Shown here: piece by piece, positions 21,696-29,900 of the stretch
Layout of the letters: each line of letters begins with the position of its first letter
Position numbering within the stretch: position 1 is the stretch's first letter
Assembly: GCA_905205195.1 (NCBI GenBank)
Contig: CAJLCS010000001.1
Location: forward strand, 3,523 to 67,522
Direction of reading: 5' to 3'
Length of the DNA stretch: 64,000 nucleotides
Origin: an uncultured Eubacteriales bacterium
GTDB taxonomy: Bacteria > Bacillota > Clostridia > Oscillospirales > Oscillospiraceae
Translations under genes and position numbers: made by a program
The notes under the pieces: generated by a model
Databases searched by the model: none
Told to the model about the DNA's origin: nothing
Seen by the model: only the letters and a program-made list of their open reading frames with translations

Positions 21696-22460
21696 GTGAG
21701 TCAACTGGCATGGCTGACGCCGGAGCACCTGGTCCGGTGGCCGCTGCATACCCACCCGCACGATGAAATCATGTACTATCTGGAAGGAAACGGCGCGCTG
21801 GAAACCGGAGAAGTGCCGATTCCCTTTCACCCGGGGACGATTCTGGCCGTTCCGGCCGGAATGTGCCACGGCTCCGCGGCGGAGGGCGGCTTCCGGAACA
21901 TTTCGGTGACCTGCGATTTCGGCAGTATGCTTCCCCGGGGACAGATTACCGTCTTGCAGGATTCCGAGAATCGGGACGGAGAAGCGCTGGCCCGGCTGCT
22001 GCTGGCGGGAGGTGGCGGATCGGAAGCGTACAACCGGCGGCTGCTGGACGCGTTTCTGCAGCTGCTGCGGGACCGGTTGGAGGACGGCAGCGAGCTGGAC
22101 GCGGCCGTCCGGCGGGTAATGAACCGCCTGACGGCGGATTGCGCCGATCCGGATCTGACGGCGGAGGCGGTGCTGCGGGAAAGCGGCTATGCGCCGGACT
22201 ATCTCCGGGCTGCCTTCCGGCGGAAAACGGGGACAACGCCGGTGACCTTCCTGACGGAGTGCCGGGTGCGGCAGGGGGCAAGGCTGCTGGAGCGCTTCCG
22301 GGACCGGCTGCCGGTGAGCCGGATCGGGGCGCTGTGCGGGTTTGAAAATCCAGCGTATTTCTGCCGCTGCTTCCGGCGGACCTTCGGCGTGACGCCGACG
22401 GCCTATGTTAAAGGCGGAGCGATGATTTCGCTCCGCCCTCGGGGTCAGTCTTCGGAATGA
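21696..22460 (+). CDS. AraC family transcriptional regulator
   Basis: Cupin sensor HTHPHDE; C-terminal IGALCGFENPAYFCRCFRRTFGVTP; divergent from the GH5; GTG start after GGAGG. Confidence 0.88.
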   Translation: MSQLAWLTPEHLVRWPLHTHPHDEIMYYLEGNGALETGEVPIPFHPGTILAVPAGMCHGSAAEGGFRNISVTCDFGSMLPRGQITVLQDSENRDGEALARLLLAGGGGSEAYNRRLLDAFLQLLRDRLEDGSELDAAVRRVMNRLTADCADPDLTAEAVLRESGYAPDYLRAAFRRKTGTTPVTFLTECRVRQGARLLERFRDRLPVSRIGALCGFENPAYFCRCFRRTFGVTPTAYVKGGAMISLRPRGQSSE

Positions 22461-23344
22461 TGGCCGAAGACCTTCAGTTCGGACTGATGCAGCTCCCTGC
22501 GGGCGTTTTCCCGCTTGGCCAGTGCGTCCTCCACCCGCTTTTTCCAGGCGTCGGCGGAGAGCACCTCCATGGCCTTCAGCTTGCCCAGGGCTGCCTTGGC
22601 GGCGTTTTTCCGCTCCCGGGCCAGAGTATGATCGGCGCTTTTGAACTTTCTTCGCGCCGCTTGCCACTGGGCTACCAGCCGTTTGGAGCGGGCCTGGGCG
22701 TTGGGGTAGGCGTCGGAAATGCGGTGCAGCAGGTAGCCGCCCTTTTTAAGCAGCGCCAGCACCCGGCGGCTGATTTCCTCGGTGTTGTCGCCCTCTTGGG
22801 TGTCGATTTCCTTTTTGACCTTGTCCATCAGCACATGGGACACCGCGTTGTCCGCCGCCAGCAGTACCAGAATGGCAATGGCGGTGGCCAGCAGTGCCGG
22901 AGCGCTCCAGCCCTCCAGCCACCCGAACAGCAGCGGGTCAATCCACTTGACGATGACCACCGAGGCTGCGCCGAACAGCAGCAGATTGCCGATCCAGATC
23001 CGGCCGTGGAGATTCATGGGTTTCTGGCTGTAGTCCCACCAGCGGGCGTGGAAGATCTTTTCCATGTACCAGCTGGTGAAATACTCCAGCCCGCCGCAGA
23101 TGAAAATACCGGCCAGGAACACCTCTCCCACGGTACCCCGGCGGCCCAGCAGCCCGCCCACCAGCACGGTGACGGCGACGGCGCCCCAGCCGTAAATAGG
23201 GCAGTAGGGGCCGATGAGAAAGCCCCGGTTGATGAACCGGTGAAACTGAAGGAACTTCAGCGTGACCTCCATCACCCATCCGGCGCAGGCGAACAGGAAA
23301 AAGACGATCACAAACCGGCAGACGGCCAAGACAACTTGATTCAT
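22445..23344 (-). CDS. Putative ABC-transporter-permease-like membrane protein (DUF1113/CmpB-like) with a coiled-coil tail
   Basis: GWVME, INRGFLIGPYCPIYG, LEYFTS, RWWDYS...NLHGRI; GGAGGAG RBS before ATG 23344. Confidence 0.8.
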   Translation of the reverse strand: MNQVVLAVCRFVIVFFLFACAGWVMEVTLKFLQFHRFINRGFLIGPYCPIYGWGAVAVTVLVGGLLGRRGTVGEVFLAGIFICGGLEYFTSWYMEKIFHARWWDYSQKPMNLHGRIWIGNLLLFGAASVVIVKWIDPLLFGWLEGWSAPALLATAIAILVLLAADNAVSHVLMDKVKKEIDTQEGDNTEEISRRVLALLKKGGYLLHRISDAYPNAQARSKRLVAQWQAARRKFKSADHTLARERKNAAKAALGKLKAMEVLSADAWKKRVEDALAKRENARRELHQSELKVFGHHSED

Positions 23345-23545
23345 AGACTCCTCCGTTCCGGGACGGACGCCCCGTCGTTGTGAGGCCATTATAGCATACG
23401 GGTGCCGGGGGTTGTCAACCGCCCGGCACAATTTGAGCGGAAAAGTTGAGCGATCCGGCATGTTTTTTGAGTGGTTTTTGGTTGAATTCGCCGGAGATGC
23501 CGGGCTATACTGAAAGCACGACCGAAACAGGAAAGGAAGATTGCA

Positions 23546-25621
23546 ATGGAACTTCGGAACGGACCGCTGACCGTCACGCTGACGCCGCCGTTTTACGGCG
23601 TCACGTCGATTCTGATCGGCGGCAGGGAATTCTGCGCTCCCGGCGGCGAAACGCGGCCGCTGTTTACCTGCCAGCTTCTGCAGGAGGACGGCACGCCGGT
23701 GCGCTGCACGGCCCGGGAGGCGGAGAACGTCACGGCGGAGGACGGAAAACTCGTTTTCCGGAATCTGGCCGGGAAAAACGTGGATGCGGAGGTGTCTGTC
23801 CGGCCGCTGAGCGGCGACGGCTTGGGCTGGTCCGTTACGGTGGACAACCGCAGCGGCCTGCTGCTGGAATGGACGGAGTTTCCCCAGCTGACGGTGGCCG
23901 GTCCCATGAAGGGGCAGGGCGGCGACACCAGCCTGTTCTGGCCCGCCATTGAGGGGCAGGTCATCGACGATCCCACGGTGCGGGAGCGGCTTATGCCCTA
24001 TCAGGAGATCCGCGGCCAGTCCAACGGCGGCTTCAGCGGCTTCTATCCCGGCAGCTGCCCCATGCAGTTCATGGCCTATTACGGCAGCGGCAGCGGCCTG
24101 TATTTTGCCGCCCACGATCCTCACCGGACGCCGAAAACCGTGGAATTTTACCGCAGCGGCGACGGTATTGCGCTGGAATACCGGATTTTCTGCGGCGGCG
24201 CAGCGGGGAAGTGGACGTCTGGCTTCGAGATGGTCACGGCGGCCATGAACGGCGACTGGCAGGACGCGGCGGAGCGGTACCGGCGCTGGATGGAGGCGGA
24301 AACGGCGCTGCCGCCCAAGCTGAGAGCCCGGCACGATCTGCCGGACTGGATGACGGATTCCCCCATCGTCATGCTCTATCCCATCCGGGGCACCATCGAC
24401 CACGGGGACATGACGCCCAACGAATATTACCCCTATGCCAACGCCCTGCCGGTGGCGGCGCGTCTGGGCCGGGAAACCGGCAGCCGGATCATGGCCTTGC
24501 CCATGCACTGGGAGGGCACGGCCCCCTGGGCCACCCCCTACGTCTGGCCCCCCTACGGCGGGGAGGCGCAGTTCACCCGGTTTATCGGGGATCTTCATGC
24601 CCAGGGCAATCTGGCGGGGGTGTATTGCAGCGGCATCGGCTGGACCACCAAGAGCTTCCTCAACCCGGAGCTGGATTTTTCCGACCGGTATGACGAGACG
24701 CTGATGTGCCGGACGGCCCGGGGCACCATCGAGCAGTCGAAGGTCATCGGCGCGCCGATCCGCCTTGGCTATGATATGTGCCCGGTCAGCCCCAAGGTGG
24801 CCCGGATCGTGGCGGGGGAGGTGACGGCCATTGCCCGCAGTGGCTGCGACTATGCCCAGTATTTCGATCAGAATCTGGGCGGCGAGGCCGCCCTGTGCTA
24901 CGGCCGGGATCACGGCCATCCGCCGGCGCCGGGGGTGTGGGAGAACGAGGCCATGCTGCGGATTTTCGAGTATGCCCACCGGAAACTGGCGGAGCAGGGC
25001 AGCGCCATGGTGCTGGGCTGCGAAGGGGCGGCATCGGAGCCGTTTGTGGGGGCGCTGCCCATGAACGACCTGCGGTATCAGTTCGGCTTCTGCGTGGGAC
25101 AGCCGGTACCGGCTTACGCCTGGCTGTTCCATGAGTACATCAATAACTTTATGGGAAATCAGTGCGGCATCGGCAACAGTCAGGATTTTTCGGAGAATCC
25201 GGACAGTCTGCGCTACCGGATTGCCTATTCCTTCACGGCCGGCGATATGCTGACGGTCTGCCTGGGCGAGGGTGGGAATGTCATCTGGGGCTGGGGCGTT
25301 GACTGGGACGTGGAGCCGCCGGCCCAGGAGCCGGTACTGACGCTGCTGGGGCGGCTCAACGCCATGCGCCGGACCTATGCGCCCTATCTGCACCTGGGAC
25401 GCATGGTGCGGCCCAGGCCGGTGGAGACGGCGGAGGATTTCCTGTTGATCCGCCGGGACGGCAGCCGGTGTGCGCTGCCGGGCCTGCTGACCTCCCGCTG
25501 GGAAAACAGCGCCGGAACGCAGAAGCAGGTGATCGTGAATTTCCGCGAAAAGCCCATTTCCTGCCGCGTGGACGGAAAAACCCTGACGGTGCCGCCGTTG
25601 GATGCGGTCTGGATCGACTGA
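23546..25621 (+). CDS. Uncharacterised putative glycoside hydrolase (DUF6259-like)
   Basis: N-terminal beta-rich domain (MQFMAYY..GLYFAAHDP..K, GDWQDAAERYR), then a TIM-barrel-like region with YFDQ and GCEG. Confidence 0.55.
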   Translation: MELRNGPLTVTLTPPFYGVTSILIGGREFCAPGGETRPLFTCQLLQEDGTPVRCTAREAENVTAEDGKLVFRNLAGKNVDAEVSVRPLSGDGLGWSVTVDNRSGLLLEWTEFPQLTVAGPMKGQGGDTSLFWPAIEGQVIDDPTVRERLMPYQEIRGQSNGGFSGFYPGSCPMQFMAYYGSGSGLYFAAHDPHRTPKTVEFYRSGDGIALEYRIFCGGAAGKWTSGFEMVTAAMNGDWQDAAERYRRWMEAETALPPKLRARHDLPDWMTDSPIVMLYPIRGTIDHGDMTPNEYYPYANALPVAARLGRETGSRIMALPMHWEGTAPWATPYVWPPYGGEAQFTRFIGDLHAQGNLAGVYCSGIGWTTKSFLNPELDFSDRYDETLMCRTARGTIEQSKVIGAPIRLGYDMCPVSPKVARIVAGEVTAIARSGCDYAQYFDQNLGGEAALCYGRDHGHPPAPGVWENEAMLRIFEYAHRKLAEQGSAMVLGCEGAASEPFVGALPMNDLRYQFGFCVGQPVPAYAWLFHEYINNFMGNQCGIGNSQDFSENPDSLRYRIAYSFTAGDMLTVCLGEGGNVIWGWGVDWDVEPPAQEPVLTLLGRLNAMRRTYAPYLHLGRMVRPRPVETAEDFLLIRRDGSRCALPGLLTSRWENSAGTQKQVIVNFREKPISCRVDGKTLTVPPLDAVWID

Positions 25622-25729
25622 AGCTCATGCGGTCCCCGGTTTTTGGCCGGGGACCGCGCATGGGCGGGCCGGTTTCGGGGCATCCTGAAAGGGCGGGAAA
25701 GAAAGTTTCTCCGATTCGAGAAAAAGGCC

Positions 25730-25757
25730 TTGACTTTTCCGCTGGATCGTGTATAAT
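25730..25757 (+). promoter_or_regulatory. tRNA promoter
   Basis: TTGACT-N16-TATAAT just upstream of the tRNA. Confidence 0.65.
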
Positions 25758-25774
25758 AATAGCGTTCTTGAGAT

Positions 25775-25848
25775 AGAGGATTTGTGTAACGGTAGCACAC
25801 CGGACTCTGACTCCGTTTGCGGGGGTTCGAATCCCTCATCCTCTGCCA
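25775..25848 (+). tRNA. tRNA-Gln (anticodon CTG)
   Basis: AGAGGAT/ATCCTCT acceptor stem, anticodon loop CT-CTG-AC, GGTTCGAATCC T arm, encoded CCA. Confidence 0.95.
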
Positions 25849-25849
25849 C

Positions 25850-25886
25850 GCCACCGTAATTCTAACGGAATTACGGTGGCTTTTTT
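25850..25886 (+). terminator. tRNA terminator
   Basis: GCCACCGTAATTC / GAATTACGGTGGC plus TTTTTT. Confidence 0.85.
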
Positions 25887-25909
25887 CTTAACATTTGGAG
25901 GGGCGCAGA

Positions 25910-26614
25910 ATGAAAAAGCCATTGATCGGCGTAACGCCGCTGCTGGATACGGAATTGGACAGTCTCTGGATGCAGCCGGGCTATTTCCGGCTGGTGGAGC
26001 AGGCCGGGGGCGTGCCGGTGATGCTGCCGCTGACCCGGGACGGGGACGCACTGGCCCGCCTGGCGGCGGGGCTGGACGGCCTGCTGGTCACCGGCGGCCC
26101 GGATGTGAATCCCGCCCTTTACGGGGTGCCGGACAGCGGCCTGTGTCATATGTGCCCCCTGCGGGACGAGGTGGAGGCGGCCCTTCTGCGGCTGTTCTGG
26201 CAGGAAAACAAGCCGATTCTCGGCATTTGCCGGGGCTGCCAGATTCTCAATGTGACCATGGGTGGCACCCTCTGGCAGGACCTGCCCACCCAGCATCCGT
26301 CGGACGTCTGCCATCGGATGGAGCGGCCCTATGACCGCCCGGCCCACGTCGTGACGGTGTCCGGCCCGCTGGCGGCGGTGCTGGGCGCGGTGGAGATCGG
26401 CGTCAACAGCTGCCACCATCAGGCCATCCGGCAGTCGGTGCCGGGGCTGACCGCCATGGCCGTGGCGGGAGACGGCGTTGTGGAGGCGGTTTTCGCGCCG
26501 GAGAAGCGTTTCGTCTGGGGCATCCAGTGGCATCCGGAGATGATGCCGGAGACGGACGCCCCCAGCTGCCAGATTGCGACCGCCTTTGTGCAGGCGGCCG
26601 CCGGAAACGGATGA
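25910..26614 (+). CDS. Gamma-glutamyl-gamma-aminobutyrate hydrolase family (peptidase C26)
   Basis: GLLVTGGPD, LGICRG, VNSCHHQ, QWHPE class-I glutamine amidotransferase triad. Confidence 0.9.
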   Translation: MKKPLIGVTPLLDTELDSLWMQPGYFRLVEQAGGVPVMLPLTRDGDALARLAAGLDGLLVTGGPDVNPALYGVPDSGLCHMCPLRDEVEAALLRLFWQENKPILGICRGCQILNVTMGGTLWQDLPTQHPSDVCHRMERPYDRPAHVVTVSGPLAAVLGAVEIGVNSCHHQAIRQSVPGLTAMAVAGDGVVEAVFAPEKRFVWGIQWHPEMMPETDAPSCQIATAFVQAAAGNG

Positions 26615-26747
26615 TTTTGACAGAAAGGCTGCGATTTCCTATCCAATTGTGCGGCGTTCCTCTGCGGAGGAGCGCCGCTTTTTCGTGCTGTTCCGGCGAA
26701 GAGATGTGCAAGTTGCACAAAAACGAAGCCTGATTTTTGACACCCGA

Positions 26748-26813
26748 GGTTTCCTTTTGGGGAATCCGTGTATCCTTTCACGACTATTATTTCCGGGGGA
26801 CGTTTCGTAAAAT
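26748..26813 (+). promoter_or_regulatory. Activator-dependent promoter of the GH85 gene
   Basis: TGTATCCTTTCACGACTAT (26769-26787) lies 20 nt upstream of TAAAAT; the same architecture occurs at 36045-36110. Confidence 0.6.
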
Positions 26814-26905
26814 ATAGGTATTCAAAAGGCTGGGCCGCCAGGCCCCAGGTTATTTTGGTGCGAAGAAAGACTCTGAAACAATCTGAAAGGAGAACGAAAC
26901 ATCAA

Positions 26906-29900
26906 ATGAAACGGAAAATGACAGGCAAACGGATCGGTTCCGGTTTTCTGGCGCTGACGATGATTCTGGTGCTGCTGCTGGGCAGTACCGTCACCGTGTT
27001 CGCCGGAGATACCTATCCCTACGTCGGCGCCTCCGCCGAGGGGGAGAACCAGCCCACGCTTCACGGCTACCGCGTGGAGGACATCATGCAGTGGTCCCCG
27101 GAGACGGACCCCTACGCCGAGCTGCTGCGAGCGCAGGTCCCGCTGCAGGACCGCAACGCGGCCTTTGCCGCCACTCAGGCCAACCCTGACCTGACCCCGC
27201 TGGCCCAGTACCTGACGCTGACCGGCGACTACGGCAACAGCTTCTTTAACTCCGACGCCTACACCAACGAGTTCAGCACCCATGTGTTCAACTTCTGGCA
27301 GTACGTCGATCAGTACGCCTCCTGGCACGGCATGCCCTCCGTGGGCACCCCCGAGGAGCTCAATGACGTCCGCGACGAGCGGAACGCCACCGACGGCAAC
27401 GCCTGGAAGCGCCGGAACTTCGAGTTCGGCCTGGTGAACCTGCCGAACCCGGCCTACACCAACGCCGCCCACAAAAACGGCGTGCTGTCCCTGGGCTGTA
27501 TGTTCCAGCCCCGGGCCTACCAGAACTTCGAGGTCATGCTCTATAAGGACGAGAACGGCCGCTACCCCGTGGCGGACAAGCTCACGGAAATGGCCCGCTA
27601 CTACGGCTTCGACGGCTACTTCTTCAACATGGAAGGCCGGGCCTACGGCGAATCCGCCAGAGCGCAGCTGAAGGAATTCCTGGCTCAGATGCGGCAGGAC
27701 GGCATGTACATCCAGTGGTACAACGCTGGCGGCTTCAGCACCAATATGCTGACCTCCGCCACCGAGAATAACTACGAAAACGCCACCCTCTACGCCAACT
27801 CCATCTTCCAGGAGTACGGCACGGCGGTGGCCGGCGACGAGAAGACCAAGCCCTACGGCCTGGACAAGTATCAGGTGGCCTTCAACGGCTTTGAAGCCGG
27901 CCGGGACCGCTGGGGCAACAGCTTCAGCCGCCTGCTGAAGGACGGCGTCATGAACGCCTCCATCGCCTCTCTGGGTACCGACTTCGTGCAGACCGGCCTG
28001 GAGCGGACGATCCGGCAGGACGAGGAAACCGGCTACAACCTGTTCTCCCGGGAGCTGGACGAGTACCAGTGGATGGCCTTCGAGCGGGAGCGTCTGTGGT
28101 GGACCGGCAACAATAACGCCAGAACCACCGCCGTCAACGCGGGCCTATCCGGCTCCGTCGGCGACATTGACGCCCGGAACTTCACCGGTATCGCCGACTA
28201 CATTGCCGAGCGTTCCGTGGTGCGGGGCGACAGCTTCTACACCAACTTCAACACCGGCCACGGCCTGGAGTACGCGGTGGACGGCGAACGGTCCAGCGAC
28301 TCCGAGTGGTCCAACATCAACCTGCAGGACATCCTGCCCACCTGGCAGTGGTGGTTCGACGTGGCCGCCGAGGGTGACGAGACTCCTGCGTCTCTGTCTG
28401 CCGAGTTTGACTACGGCACCAAGTACCGCAAGGTTTACAACAGCGGCGAAGAAGGTCAGTTCGGCTTTGAGCGGGTGGGCGCCTACAACGGCGGCTCCTC
28501 TCTGGCCGTGTACGGCGATATCAACGCCGAGAACTTCCTGCATCTGTACAAGTCTGCGCTGAACGTCGGTGAGGCCTCCAAGATGGCCGTTACCTTCCAA
28601 AAGACCTCCGACGACGCTTCCGCCATGAAGCTGGGTCTGATCTTTGCCGATGACCCCGAGAACGTGGTCAAGCTGGCCATCCCCGGCTCCGAGAAGAAGT
28701 CCGACTCCTGGGTCACCGCCGCCGTGGACCTGTCCGCCTACGCGGGCAAGGAAATCGCCGCCTTCGGCCTGGTGTTTGAGGGCAAGGCGGAAGGCTACCA
28801 GATGAACATCGGCCAGATGCGCTTCACCTCCGGCACCGATCAGGTGCCCGACGCGCCCGCAGGCTTCCATGTCGTGAAGGCCTACGAGGACGGCGAAATG
28901 ACCGTGTCCTGGGACAAGGAGTCCTACGACCAGGTCAAGCAGTATAACCTGTATGCCATGGTGGGCGGCAAGGAAGTGTTCCTTGGCGGCATCTATGACA
29001 GCAACTACTACATCAAGAACGTGCAGGACGCCATCGCCGAGGCGGCGGCCAGCTACATCGAGTCCGTGACCGTCAGCCCCAAGGAAGTGGACGCCACCGC
29101 CGGTGACGCGCTGAACTTCGCGGCGGCCGTGAAGGGCTACGCCGAGGAAGCCGGTCAGGTGACGCTGGTTCTGAAGGCGGTTTCCGCCGACGGCACCGAG
29201 AGCGAAGGCACCATGACCACCTACAACTACGGCGACGCCGTGAAGAACGTCACCGTGGATAATTCCACCGACGGCCAGCTGGTGCTGACCTGGGAAGGCG
29301 GCCAGGCCGACGTGACCGTGACCACCTCCTACGAGTCCGAAAAGCGGACCTGGACTGCCTCCGGCAACAACGGCTGCACCGTGGAAGTGCCCACCGGCGC
29401 GGATGCCGACGGCGCTTACATCACCGTGCAGATCACCAAGGACGGCACGTCCACCGTAGTGGATTCCCGTCTGCCCGACAAGTACTGCAAGCCCTACGAC
29501 GGCAGAATCTTCCCCTCTGACCATCGCCTGACCCAACCCATGAGCACCGACTGGCACGTTATCCGCTATCAGGTGGTGACCGACGGCCAGCGGGGCGATA
29601 CCGTGGAAGTGACCCGCGGTGTCGGCGCCGGCGTGACCAACGACCATGCCGTGTTTAAGCAGATTCCCTCCGATGCGGACGGCGTGTACGTCTGGCTGGA
29701 GGACTACAACGGCAATGTGTCCGAAGAAGTGTATCTTGCCGGTGCGATTTCCGTTACGGTGGAAGGCATTAACAGCGTTCAGGCTGGTGCAACACGGCAG
29801 TATACCGCAAAAGTCAAGAATTTTGCCGAATCTGATGAGGTAACGTGGAGCATCAGCGGCAATCAGTCCGCAGATACAAAAATTGACCAGAACGGCCTTC

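Noticed and set aside
22445..25393. 982-aa minus-strand ORF
   Set aside because: Only the last 299 aa (from ATG 23344, which has an RBS) look real; the rest is antisense shadow of the gene at 23546
25775..26905. tRNA-Gln as the integration site of an island carrying the glycan locus
   Set aside because: No integrase and no duplicated tRNA 3' end were seen; the tRNA terminator is intact
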